From: a bacterium
Lineage (GTDB): Bacteria > Patescibacteriota > Patescibacteriia > UBA10025
DNA: 64,000 bases
Assembly: GCA_021815445.1 (NCBI GenBank)
Contig: JAKAGM010000001.1
Location: 299,527 to 363,526 of the forward strand
Direction: 5' to 3'
The notes under the pieces are model-generated. The model made no database searches. It saw nothing but the letters and a program-made list of their open reading frames with translations, and had not been told where the DNA came from. The translations under genes were made by a program, and so were the position numbers. Each line of letters starts with the position of its first letter. Within the stretch, counting starts at the first letter, position 1. Shown here in pieces: positions 29,273 through 39,572 of this stretch.

Positions 29273-30271
29273 TTATCGTTCGATGTATTGCCTGGTGTAG
29301 TATTCCTGGAACTTTTTGCTTTTGAGCCTTTTCCACCATGCAGGATTGTCTTTGTACCATTGAATCGTTTTTGTTATCCCCCGTTCAAAAGTTGTTTTCG
29401 GCTTCCAACCGAGATGTCTCAAACGGTCGGAGTTTATCGAATAGCGAAGATCATGGCCCGGCCTGTCTTTCACATATTCTATGGAACGCTCGTCTTTTCC
29501 AAGCTCATGAAGAATGAGGCGCGTCAATTCGATGTTTGTTATCCCCTCACCAGTCCCTATATTGTAGACTTCGCCCAGGGCGCCTTTGTGAAGGATGAGA
29601 TCAACCGCCCGGCAATGATCTTCTGTGTAAATCCACTCACGTTGGTTCAAACCTTTGCCGTAGAGCGGAACCTTTTTGCCTTCAAGAAGATTGGTGACAA
29701 AAAGAGGAATAACTTTCTCAGGATACTGGTTAGGTCCATAAAAATTAACGCTATGAGTCACAATGACCGGGGTGCCGTAGGTCCTGATAAAAGCCCGGCA
29801 GAGCATGTCACCGCCGGCCTTCGACGCTGAATACGGGCTGTTGGGCAGGAAGGGGCTTTCTTCGGTAAACTCCCCCTTTTCAATACTGCCGAACACTTCA
29901 TCCGTCGATATTTGAACCATCCTAGGAATTTTGTATTTCTCAACTGCTTCAAGGAGCGTGAGAGTGCCTATAACGTCGGTAACCGCAAAATCCCTCGCCT
30001 CCATAATTGAGCGGTCCACGTGAGTTTCAGCCGCGTAGTTTATAATAGCATCAACGCCTCGTGCAACATCACCGACGCATTTCGCATCCGCAATATCGCC
30101 GCGCATAAAACCATATCGGGGATTTTGTTCTACATCTCTGAGATTTTCAGGGTTTCCCGCGTACGTCAGTTTATCAAGGTTCACCACCTCATAGTCCTCA
30201 TACTTCTCGAGGATATAGCGTATAAAGTTGGATCCCATGAACCCGGCGCCGCCGGTAACAAGTATTCGCAT
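29273..30271 (-). CDS. rmlB: dTDP-glucose 4,6-dehydratase RmlB
   Basis: 332 aa. MRILVTGGAGFMGSNFIRYIL...AAETHVDRSI...YSASKA is the extended-SDR RmlB pattern. Confidence 0.9.
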   Translation of the reverse strand: MRILVTGGAGFMGSNFIRYILEKYEDYEVVNLDKLTYAGNPENLRDVEQNPRYGFMRGDIADAKCVGDVARGVDAIINYAAETHVDRSIMEARDFAVTDVIGTLTLLEAVEKYKIPRMVQISTDEVFGSIEKGEFTEESPFLPNSPYSASKAGGDMLCRAFIRTYGTPVIVTHSVNFYGPNQYPEKVIPLFVTNLLEGKKVPLYGKGLNQREWIYTEDHCRAVDLILHKGALGEVYNIGTGEGITNIELTRLILHELGKDERSIEYVKDRPGHDLRYSINSDRLRHLGWKPKTTFERGITKTIQWYKDNPAWWKRLKSKKFQEYYTRQYIER

Positions 30272-30280
30272 AAGGTTAAC

Positions 30281-31558
<1,278 letters not shown>

Positions 31559-32074
31559 TTAGTATTCTTTTAACCAATCAAAACCAATCCGAGGATCATC
31601 GTGCGGAATGCGCTGTTCATCAGGCTGCTTGGGATTGTAGGGTTCTGTCGTATGATAAAAAAGGAGTACAGGATCGTCGCTCAGCACTTTATACCCATGT
31701 GCAACGCCCGTAGGTATGACCACGAGCTTATAGTCATTCTCGCCAGCCATAATGACTTGTGTTACGCCATATGTTCGGGATTGCTCACGGAGATCATAAA
31801 GCACAATCATGGCTTTTCCCGTTGCGGCAAACCATAGATCATCCTGACGTTTATGCCAGTGAAACGCTTTGACTGTCCCCTTGTGGGCTACGGTAAATGT
31901 CGTCTGGCCGAATTGGCGGAGAAGTTTTTCATCCGCCCGTAAGACTTCCATGAGGAACCCAGGATTAGATGACACTTCACCATCCTCAACAATATCAGGG
32001 AAAACACGAAGTTTTTTTATGACAACGCCATTGATCATACGATTCCTAAATCCTCTTCTCATTATACCTTCCAT
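31559..32074 (-). CDS. rmlC: dTDP-4-dehydrorhamnose 3,5-epimerase-like cupin (RmlC)
   Basis: 171 aa. FHWHKRQDDLWFAATGKAMIVLYDLR ... GVAHGY resembles the RmlC RGLHFQ...DLR and HGF motifs. Operon position with rmlBDA. Confidence 0.72.
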   Translation of the reverse strand: MEGIMRRGFRNRMINGVVIKKLRVFPDIVEDGEVSSNPGFLMEVLRADEKLLRQFGQTTFTVAHKGTVKAFHWHKRQDDLWFAATGKAMIVLYDLREQSRTYGVTQVIMAGENDYKLVVIPTGVAHGYKVLSDDPVLLFYHTTEPYNPKQPDEQRIPHDDPRIGFDWLKEY

Positions 32075-32492
32075 TTAATAAAGTCAAGGAAAAAAAGACA
32101 ATAAGCACGGTGACTATAGCTAACAATACAGAGAAATGCCCAACTGTGCGAGTTTGCCGGTATACAATGCCAGCTGAAGTGAGCGCCAAAATTGATCCAA
32201 TGCAGTATTCCTTGATGCCCGGTTTCTGGAATGTATATTGAGCCTCTTCGTTATGCACAAAAACACTAATTACTCCACTCACTGCAGCTATAGCGAGTAT
32301 GGCGTTAATATTAAAATAATTCGAGACGAAACTTGCACTCATGCTCTCGAGAAGGTACAAGCAAAGATACGTCACCAGGGAAACTTTGAATAGCTCAACT
32401 ATAACTAGCAAGTAAAAATGTGTCCAGAACCCCGCCTTTTTATCCTTGAGAAACATAACCCCTCTCACTTTCTTAATTGCCGGGTGAGCCAA
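32046..32492 (-). CDS. Small polytopic membrane protein, paralog B (GtrA/ArnE-ArnF-like candidate)
   Basis: 148 aa, ~4 hydrophobic helices. FKVSLVTYLCLYLLESMSASFVSNYFNINAILAIAAVSGVIS aligns with FKISLLTYLLFYVIENLYPGFISDYFNTNILLAITALSGTAS of the ORF at 36125-36544. Confidence 0.5.
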   Translation of the reverse strand: MAHPAIKKVRGVMFLKDKKAGFWTHFYLLVIVELFKVSLVTYLCLYLLESMSASFVSNYFNINAILAIAAVSGVISVFVHNEEAQYTFQKPGIKEYCIGSILALTSAGIVYRQTRTVGHFSVLLAIVTVLIVFFSLTLLNGRYNEKRI

Positions 32493-34231
32493 GAAGACAA
32501 TTTCGGGAAAAAGTTTTTGATCGTAATAGGATCTTTGTGGAAAGTAATTGTCAGTTCTTTTATTTTCATTGTCCGGTTATGTTCAGGCAAACCAGGAAAG
32601 TCGATAATGAAATGGGCAAGAATATCTTTTCCTTTATCTAAATAAAGGTACTGGGGTTCAATTGTCGCATCAGCGACTAGCCAATCCCCCTCAGTACGTG
32701 GCTGAGGATAATCGGCAATTATATAGTCATAATCGTCTATATGCTCAACGCTATCCACTTGGGCGACTGAGGCGTAATCTTGATTAAAGATCTGGCTTTT
32801 ATCCAAAGCGAAGAACCCGTCGCCCTGGATATAAACGTCATTGCCCGGCGATACTATTGCCGTTACCCCGGTGAGATTATTGATCTGAGCCGGCGAATTA
32901 ATCGCTGTCAATCTAAGGTCAAGACGACCGACTTTAAGCGTTTGAAGGCTTTCTGGATGCGATGTTTGCGCGCTGATTTTTGTGCTAGTGGTATAGACAG
33001 TAGTCGGCGTCAATACCTTTTCACCGAGTATATCTTTATACGCCTTGCTGTCAGTGAGGTAGATATTTCCCTTAAATACAATAAGATGCTGGGCAGTTGA
33101 AATATTTTTTATGAAAATGTCGTCAGGAGCGTTAATTTTTATTTTGTAAACGCCTTCGGGTAAATTTTCTCGAAAAACCTTCAAGGATCTCTCCTGGGTA
33201 ACAATGCTGCTTGCCTGCGTATCTCCGTCATCAGGCAATTTCTCTTCACCTACTGCTACGCCGCCTGAATCTTCGATAGACACAGAAAAAACGTCAGGAC
33301 CATCATGCCTGTTGCTATCCTGTATATTGAAAAGAAAGTTGAGATTTTCATTCTTTCCGATGTAGGTATCTATCTCGTGCGCCCCGCGAATACTTTTATT
33401 AATAATCGTTTCCTGTCCGCTCGGTTGGTAGCCTGGTAAATGTATGTATTTTGCGACGTTGTAATTATACTCCGCGATTTTGGATATAGCCGGTATGTTA
33501 GAAGTAAACTCTTCTATGGTGGAGTATAACGGCTTGCTTCGAATGGTGGGCACACTTTCCTCTGTGATTTTTTCGAGCGTATCCTGATACCTCGCCTCGA
33601 CAATTTGCTGCTCAGTAAGCATCGCCTGCATACGCTCAGAGTTGAGGTTGACACTGGGGCCGTAGTTTTTTTCTATATTTACCAAAGTTTGTGTTCTTGC
33701 ATCATCAAGCTTCTTTTTCTGGACAGGAAATGCTTTTTTCTTTTCCAAAGTTTCTCGGTAACGAGCATTGTCTTTTTGCCAGAGAACGATATCGCCCTGA
33801 CTTATTTTGTCCCAATAGTCGGGCAGATTATCAAGTGTGGCATTTTGAAAGGCCATATTTTCCAAATGATAGGCACCACTTGGTAATTTGGCGCCAAGGC
33901 GAGTTACCGGCTGGCCGTTTGGATTTTGGTAGGTTAAAATGACGTTTGCACTTTTGAAAGGGCGAGGTACTTTCACATCAAAGTAGGTCGGGTTTGTCGT
34001 AATTAGCTGAAAATAATCGATGTTGCCGGAAATATTTTTTGTCCCGATTAATTTGTCCGGTTCTTTTGACGCAAAATTCCTGACGAGAAGCGAGGGTTGA
34101 TTTGGATGGTAAACAATCTTTAAGGTGCCGCCAAGTACCAGGTGTTTATCTACTAACCAAACAAACAGAACTATCGGCGCAAGCCAAAGTATGATTTTTA
34201 CTGCTCGTAATGGTATATGGTGTTCGTCCAT
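32465..34231 (-). CDS. Large N-terminally anchored extracytoplasmic protein, unknown function
   Basis: 588 aa. TM at residues ~10-28 (IILWLAPIVLFVWLV), remainder hydrophilic. Lies between the GT-C gene and small-membrane paralog B. Confidence 0.5.
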   Translation of the reverse strand: MDEHHIPLRAVKIILWLAPIVLFVWLVDKHLVLGGTLKIVYHPNQPSLLVRNFASKEPDKLIGTKNISGNIDYFQLITTNPTYFDVKVPRPFKSANVILTYQNPNGQPVTRLGAKLPSGAYHLENMAFQNATLDNLPDYWDKISQGDIVLWQKDNARYRETLEKKKAFPVQKKKLDDARTQTLVNIEKNYGPSVNLNSERMQAMLTEQQIVEARYQDTLEKITEESVPTIRSKPLYSTIEEFTSNIPAISKIAEYNYNVAKYIHLPGYQPSGQETIINKSIRGAHEIDTYIGKNENLNFLFNIQDSNRHDGPDVFSVSIEDSGGVAVGEEKLPDDGDTQASSIVTQERSLKVFRENLPEGVYKIKINAPDDIFIKNISTAQHLIVFKGNIYLTDSKAYKDILGEKVLTPTTVYTTSTKISAQTSHPESLQTLKVGRLDLRLTAINSPAQINNLTGVTAIVSPGNDVYIQGDGFFALDKSQIFNQDYASVAQVDSVEHIDDYDYIIADYPQPRTEGDWLVADATIEPQYLYLDKGKDILAHFIIDFPGLPEHNRTMKIKELTITFHKDPITIKNFFPKLSSWLTRQLRK

Positions 34232-34282
34232 AAAATCACATGGTACTTCACACTATGCAATATTTCTGCAGATAAATCAATA

Positions 34283-35974
34283 TCAACGCCCGATGCGGTA
34301 TAAGATCTCGCCGTTTTTACTTAAACTTACAACCGGACTTGCGGAGAACCCTCTCGAGGTGATGTCGTCCAATGCGCTGTTGCCAACAAATGGGTCAAAA
34401 TAGAAATATACCGTTGTTTGTCTCAGCAATGCATCGAGGAATCTATCGCGTGTTGTGATATCTGACGGAAGATTCACAATCACTTTACGCTGGGGGAAAA
34501 AGAGCTTATCGGCCGTACCAGAAATGATAACCGAAGCCGATTCTGTCCGGCTCTCGACGATTTTTTCTCTGTTATTATTTTGCTTCATATTTTCCTTTAG
34601 CGGGACGAGTCCGTATGAAGCGTCAAAGAGAACAGTCATGGCCGCACCGAGTAAAAATATTGCCACCACGGACACAACGACCATGCGTCCCAAGACGCCA
34701 TTCTTGAAAAAGCTCGCGAGTTTTTGGAGACCAAATATAAAAAATGGGATCCCAAAAATATATATTGGCAACCAATATCGTAGATACGAAGATCCCAGAA
34801 CAATCACCGATTGATCTGAGAACTCAGTAAAGATATATGAACCATAATAAATAATCAGCCATAGGGATATAACAAAGAATACCAGCGCATAGATTACTTG
34901 CGGTCGCGGTAGCGGCGGTGCGGGAGGGTGAGAATCAACATGCGGGAAAAATTTCACAATGAACGGTAGAGAAACTCTTCGCACTAGTAAAAGTATTCCG
35001 ATAATAAGGAGGAGCGAGAAAATCGGTGAAAAAAGAAACAGGTACTGGTATGCCGCCACGCTCATACGATGAAAATTCAGACCAAACGGAAGAATCAACT
35101 GCCATAAACGTTCAAAATCAGAATGCGAAACGACATTGGTGACTGAAACCGATATATCCGAGACACTCGGCAAAGGAGCGTATCCAAAAGAATCCCATGA
35201 ACCATAGAGTTGGTGATTATAAAAGAAGATTGGGGCAAAAACCAGGAGACTTGCACCTAAAAAAATGAGGACATGAAACAATCGAATCCGTGCTTTATGC
35301 AGAATTCCCATCAACAGGAGCATTATGACGACCCACGGGGCCTCGGATGTTCTCACTGCAAGAGCGAGCCCGAAAAAAATTCCTGAAAGAAAATACAAAA
35401 GCGTACTGCCACCTTTTGATCTTTTGGAATGGGAGCCGTGTAACAAAAAATAGAGGCCAACTATGATCAGAGAGACGAACAGGCTGTTGTGAAACATTCC
35501 TCGGGATGCGTAATACCAAAAAGGCGGAAGAATAAAAAGCATCAAAGACGAATAAAACGCGATAGTCTTTGAGAAAATCTGCTTGAGCAGCAAATAGAAA
35601 AAAACCACACTGACTGCTGCCATAAACGGCGTGAAGAGAGTCATGGACGCAATTCCCGTAAATTTTGCTATGGCGCCGTACAACATTGGAAGTCCCAGGA
35701 AACTGACTGGAACAGTATACCCGTTAACCAAGGTCATGCTTCGCGGTATAACCAAAGCCCCGGCTAACGTATTGAGCGGCTCATGGTATCGAAGCGAGTT
35801 ATGCTGCGCGAATAATCCCCCAAAAAAATAATTCGCGGTCTCGTCGGGAGATGCAAAACGACTTGGCATTCGATAAGAAAACCATAAATAGATGAAAAAA
35901 AAGACAATACAAAATCCAACTATGATGAGTAGCTTTTTATCAACTCGGGTATTCGTTAAACTCTGCATCTGCAT
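34283..35974 (-). CDS. GT-C fold glycosyltransferase (ArnT/PMT-like, lipid-linked sugar donor)
   Basis: 563 aa with ~11-13 TM segments. First extracytoplasmic loop carries FASPDETANYFFG, a DE-type motif like the ArnT/PMT (GT83/GT39) loop-1 motif. C-terminal soluble domain. Confidence 0.6.
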   Translation of the reverse strand: MQMQSLTNTRVDKKLLIIVGFCIVFFFIYLWFSYRMPSRFASPDETANYFFGGLFAQHNSLRYHEPLNTLAGALVIPRSMTLVNGYTVPVSFLGLPMLYGAIAKFTGIASMTLFTPFMAAVSVVFFYLLLKQIFSKTIAFYSSLMLFILPPFWYYASRGMFHNSLFVSLIIVGLYFLLHGSHSKRSKGGSTLLYFLSGIFFGLALAVRTSEAPWVVIMLLLMGILHKARIRLFHVLIFLGASLLVFAPIFFYNHQLYGSWDSFGYAPLPSVSDISVSVTNVVSHSDFERLWQLILPFGLNFHRMSVAAYQYLFLFSPIFSLLLIIGILLLVRRVSLPFIVKFFPHVDSHPPAPPLPRPQVIYALVFFVISLWLIIYYGSYIFTEFSDQSVIVLGSSYLRYWLPIYIFGIPFFIFGLQKLASFFKNGVLGRMVVVSVVAIFLLGAAMTVLFDASYGLVPLKENMKQNNNREKIVESRTESASVIISGTADKLFFPQRKVIVNLPSDITTRDRFLDALLRQTTVYFYFDPFVGNSALDDITSRGFSASPVVSLSKNGEILYRIGR

Positions 35975-36124
35975 TGTGTTAGTATATCATCTTTCGAGCC
36001 TTTCCAACACCTGGCGTAAGAGACGCAGAAATAAACTATAAGCACCCGTGCAAACGCCGCACTGGCATTCTTTAACAAAATCAAAATGAGCCGGGTATAC
36101 TACGGTACCAAAAAAACTTTATTC

Positions 36125-36544
36125 CTAAGACTCCTCGAGTCCCTCGTCTTCCTCAAATAAGATAAATAAAGAAATCAGAACTATGGTGGCACCGACCAAC
36201 CCAGAGATCACATATCTCAACCAGCCGGACATTTGCAAATTATAGAAGGTGATCCCAGTCGCAAGCGTGGTAACTAAAAAAACGATACCTAGATCCTTCC
36301 ATAAAGCAAGCTTTCGTTGTCCCGTTAAATTTTCGGACCATAAAGCAGAGGCTGTCCCGCTTAAGGCGGTTATTGCAAGTAATATGTTGGTATTAAAATA
36401 ATCCGAAATAAATCCCGGGTAAAGGTTTTCAATGACATAGAACAGTAAATAAGTAAGCAGTGAAATTTTAAAAATTTCGTTCAATATTGTGCGCGCAAAT
36501 CCCAAAATATCAACATTTGTGGAGGTTTGTGGTTTTAATATCAT
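36125..36544 (-). CDS. Small polytopic membrane protein, paralog A (GtrA/ArnE-ArnF-like candidate)
   Basis: 139 aa, ~4 TM, acidic C-terminal tail. Clear paralog of 32046-32492. First gene of the minus-strand glycan operon. Confidence 0.5.
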   Translation of the reverse strand: MILKPQTSTNVDILGFARTILNEIFKISLLTYLLFYVIENLYPGFISDYFNTNILLAITALSGTASALWSENLTGQRKLALWKDLGIVFLVTTLATGITFYNLQMSGWLRYVISGLVGATIVLISLFILFEEDEGLEES

Positions 36545-36778
36545 ACTTGCCTTTATTGTCTCAAATATCGATTCGATCCATCTAAGCTTTTATAAAATTC
36601 ATATTTCAGCAATTTATTTTCCGCTAGAATACTTATTGTAATTTGAGCCTTCTGGCTTCGACCCGGATGAAGCGCCTTTTGCACATACGTTACTTAGTAT
36701 ATCAGCCAACTTCCAACATTACAAAAAGTGGTAACCCGGCCCCTTTTTATTGATTTCAAAAAATCGCCTCGGCGACTA

Positions 36779-36807
36779 TTGACAAAAGCGTACACGTATG
36801 TTAGCAT
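36779..36807 (+). promoter_or_regulatory. Sigma-70-like promoter candidate (TTGACA-17-TAGCAT) upstream of 36940 gene
   Basis: ttgaca at 36779-36784, 17-nt spacer, tagcat at 36802-36807. A second ttgaca is at 36828-36833. Long leader. Confidence 0.35.
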
Positions 36808-36919
36808 TTTTAGTCAAATAAAAGAATAAAAGTAAGTTGACAATGTAACCACGCACACTTACAGTGATGCGTCTGATAGTGAAAGGTAAAGAGCTCTTGT
36901 CATTCACTGAGGGATAACC

Positions 36920-36934
36920 CCGAACCGAACCGAA
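36920..36934. repeat. Short tandem repeat (ccgaa)x3 immediately upstream of start codon
   Basis: ccgaaccgaaccgaa read directly, 5 nt before the ATG at 36940. Confidence 0.4.
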
Positions 36935-36939
36935 ACCCA

Positions 36940-37782
36940 ATGTCCAAGGAGGCTCCATTGAACACACCGTACCCTTATCCAGTATTAACTGTCGGGAACG
37001 ATCCCGAAGGATTCTTTCGTGAGCTCCGCGTTCACGGCATTCATCGTTGGGAACAGCTGACTGAACCGCTTCTGGTGCCGGAATACCGGGAGCAGCGGAG
37101 CCCTCTGACACCTGCTCAAGAAAGAGCGACAACGATGTTTGTTCCCCGGATCGAGGTCATCGACTTCCGGGAGCCCGGCGCTAACGAGGCGTTCACCGGG
37201 GTCAGGTTGAACACCAAGCCCTGGGCGTCGTGTTTCACTCTTCTCCCTCAGGACCCCCATGAGCTTGATGGCTACGACACTCATCGTGAATGGGTTGACC
37301 AGCTGACACCCGATGAGATCGGCGAGGCATTGATTCCCCTGACCTTCGAATTCAAGCACGGTGTGGGCGATCTCTACCCCGGCGCTGAGCACGATGCATG
37401 CACGATAGTGACCCCGTCAGGAGTTCCGAACAAGGACGAATGGCCGCGGGGCTTTGACAGCCTCGAAGACTGCGCACGACGCGAGTTCAGGAACGAGTTC
37501 GGACTCGACCTGGAAAACGTAACGCCCCTCGGTCCTCGGGTCTACGGATTCAGTGTGAGTCCGAGGCGTTCCAATGAAACGGTTCAGCCCTTCTGGGTCG
37601 AGCCGAAACTCCCGCTCGAGTTTCATCCGCGGAAATCGGGCAAGAGTGAACAGCTCTTGCCGTTCCTGATCACGGTGAACGACTATCGGGAGCTCGTTCG
37701 CCGGAAACTGCTCATTGAGATTTACAGCGCAGGGATCGTGTACATCGCCCTCGAGCACCTTGGGCGACTGCAGATCGTCTGA
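36940..37782 (+). CDS. Hypothetical protein in GC-rich insert (possible degenerate Nudix-like box)
   Basis: 280 aa. Visibly higher GC than its flanks. REFRNEFGL resembles, but does not match, the Nudix REUXEEXGU core. A perfect aaggagg lies just after the annotated ATG, with a TTG 5 nt further on, so the true start may be slightly downstream. Confidence 0.45.
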   Translation: MSKEAPLNTPYPYPVLTVGNDPEGFFRELRVHGIHRWEQLTEPLLVPEYREQRSPLTPAQERATTMFVPRIEVIDFREPGANEAFTGVRLNTKPWASCFTLLPQDPHELDGYDTHREWVDQLTPDEIGEALIPLTFEFKHGVGDLYPGAEHDACTIVTPSGVPNKDEWPRGFDSLEDCARREFRNEFGLDLENVTPLGPRVYGFSVSPRRSNETVQPFWVEPKLPLEFHPRKSGKSEQLLPFLITVNDYRELVRRKLLIEIYSAGIVYIALEHLGRLQIV

Positions 37783-37811
37783 CCGCGGTAATCTCGTTTT
37801 CCTGATTTTCA

Positions 37812-37841
37812 CGCGCTTGCCATTTGGCGGCGCGTTTTTTT
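37812..37841 (+). terminator. Rho-independent terminator for the 36940-37782 gene
   Basis: cgcgc-ttgccatttggcg-gcgcg GC-rich hairpin followed by T7 (37835-37841). Confidence 0.5.
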
Positions 37842-37853
37842 AAATAAAAAAAC

Positions 37854-37874
37854 GGGAGAAGCTATACTTCTCCC
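37854..37874 (-). terminator. Rho-independent terminator for the 37891-38955 minus-strand gene
   Basis: Perfect hairpin gggagaag-ctata-cttctccc. On the minus strand it is followed by a T7 run (plus-strand aaataaaaaaa at 37843-37852). Confidence 0.6.
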
Positions 37875-37890
37875 GACATGCCTCGCGGTT

Positions 37891-38955
37891 TTACAACAGC
37901 GAGAGAATAAACCGTGCAGACCTTTCCGCATTTTGCCCATCGAGGCGAAAATTGGCCACCTGAGCTGCCGTGAGACCCAGATCCCCTTTTAGCGCCAGTT
38001 TGAGCTGGGAACACAGTTCCTCATAGCCTGCAGCCATTGTCGAGCATCCGAGGGAAACAACCGGCGGGACATCCATAGAGTTCCCGGTCGACGCCCTGAA
38101 TAGAGAGAGCCCGGCATCAGGATAGAGAACGGAGATGGTCTGCTTCCTGATGGTGGCCGACTCTACGAGAATCGTCGAGTACATCGAGAGTATGACGTCG
38201 CTCGCTGCCAGAAGCTGCTGGGTGGAAAAGCCCGACCCGTCGACAAGAATTCCGCCCGAAAAACATTTGATGGCCTCTTGCCATATTGGCAGTTCATCAG
38301 GGGCATTGTTGCCCATTGCCGGGTGCGCCCGGGGGATCAGATATACCGAGTTGTCGCCGAGCTCATTGAGCGCTCGCACAATCTCGGCAAGCACCGATCC
38401 GCTCCCTTGCCACTGTCCGCCGTACAGTACGATGCGTCCTTGTGGCGGGATGCCTAGCTGCAATCGAACCTTTGACGCTTCTGCCGCAACATCGTACCCC
38501 GCGTACTTGTCGAGTGCGGGGAACCCCGTTGCCCGAATATTCTCGGAAGGAAAGCCAGGCCAGGCCTCCTCAACCAATCTGGCGCCGATGCCATCATTCA
38601 CGATGATGTAATCAGGCCTATAGTCAGGTGCCCGCCAAGCATCATACAGGTACCCTGCCCAGTAGTCCTGGAGCGCAACCACTTGAGTTGATTTGCGAAG
38701 ATAAAGGATAAGGTCCCTCCCGACTCCGCCTTGTGAGCACATGCTGGTTACCAGTGTTTTTGGATAATCCATGGCAAGCAGCGTTTCGACGGATTGAGCT
38801 TGGACAAATACTTCGCCCGATCCGGCTAATATTTCCACAGCCTTACCGTTCGCAAAAAGCTCGACCTGCGCGCCATGAGACCTTATGGCTTTCACCACAG
38901 GAACTATCCCGGCAGTTCCCCCCGTGTCTTTGCACACACACCAAATGTCCGCCAA
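37891..38955 (-). CDS. GT-B fold glycosyltransferase-like protein (GT1/GT28-like) in GC-rich insert
   Basis: 354 aa. N-terminal GGTAG G-loop. C-domain IVLYGGQWQGSGS ... ASDVILSMYSTILVESATIRKQTISVLYPDAG resembles the GT1/MurG-type C-terminal nucleotide-sugar binding region. Confidence 0.5.
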   Translation of the reverse strand: MADIWCVCKDTGGTAGIVPVVKAIRSHGAQVELFANGKAVEILAGSGEVFVQAQSVETLLAMDYPKTLVTSMCSQGGVGRDLILYLRKSTQVVALQDYWAGYLYDAWRAPDYRPDYIIVNDGIGARLVEEAWPGFPSENIRATGFPALDKYAGYDVAAEASKVRLQLGIPPQGRIVLYGGQWQGSGSVLAEIVRALNELGDNSVYLIPRAHPAMGNNAPDELPIWQEAIKCFSGGILVDGSGFSTQQLLAASDVILSMYSTILVESATIRKQTISVLYPDAGLSLFRASTGNSMDVPPVVSLGCSTMAAGYEELCSQLKLALKGDLGLTAAQVANFRLDGQNAERSARFILSLL

Positions 38956-39203
38956 TCTCCACCTCCCTTTAATTGGGTCCGTTTACGGTTTGGAAATGAA
39001 CATGCCTTCAAAAGTGCAAACTGCCAGGAAAAAAAAGATTTTATTGATCTGACGGAACATTATAACTTATTAATTATCATCTGTCAAGGCCGTTCCTACC
39101 ACATTGATGCTGTGATATAGCTGTTATTTCCTTGCATTTTCAGCATTCTGGAAAGCACCCTTTCCAAATAGGACCGTTTCTGTTATGATGGGAACTGAAG
39201 CTT

Positions 39204-39572
39204 ATGGTAAAAAAATGGCTTATTTACTGTTTAGCTGGAGTTTGCGTACTCGTGCTTATTGCGCTCGTCCTGACCATTTGGTTGCCTGTCTTCGTCGCAT
39301 TTAGGTCGGTTTTCGGCTTCGTCTGTCTTTTTTTCTTACCAGGGTACATCTGGAGTTACGTTTTTTGGCGAGGGGGCGAAATAGACGGTACTGAACGCTG
39401 GATACTTGGTATTATGCTCTCTGTTGTTTCTGTCCCTCTGCTGGTTTTTTTTCTCAATAAGATCGGAATAAAAATAAACATCGTTAATGTATTACTGGAA
39501 AGTTTTGTACTTATGCTCTCCTCGTTAATTATCATTTACTACAAAAAAATTAAATCTAAACCATCGCTATGA
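39204..39572 (+). CDS. Small 4-TM membrane protein, hypothetical
   Basis: 122 aa, four hydrophobic helices. 4-nt overlap with the downstream epimerase gene. Tatgat -10-like element at 39183-39188. Confidence 0.45.
   Translation: MVKKWLIYCLAGVCVLVLIALVLTIWLPVFVAFRSVFGFVCLFFLPGYIWSYVFWRGGEIDGTERWILGIMLSVVSVPLLVFFLNKIGIKINIVNVLLESFVLMLSSLIIIYYKKIKSKPSL

Noticed and set aside
29105-29830. 241-aa plus-strand ORF spanning the rmlD/rmlB junction
   Set aside because: Antisense to two genes with clear extended-SDR signatures. The translation is hydrophobic and low-complexity, typical of shadow ORFs.
36640-36700. Possible tRNA remnant (gggtcgaagcc T-loop-like string on minus strand) marking an integration site for the GC-rich insert
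   Set aside because: Could not fold a convincing T-arm plus acceptor stem by eye. Only a partial match to the GGTTCGAATCC consensus. Needs tRNAscan or covariance-model search.
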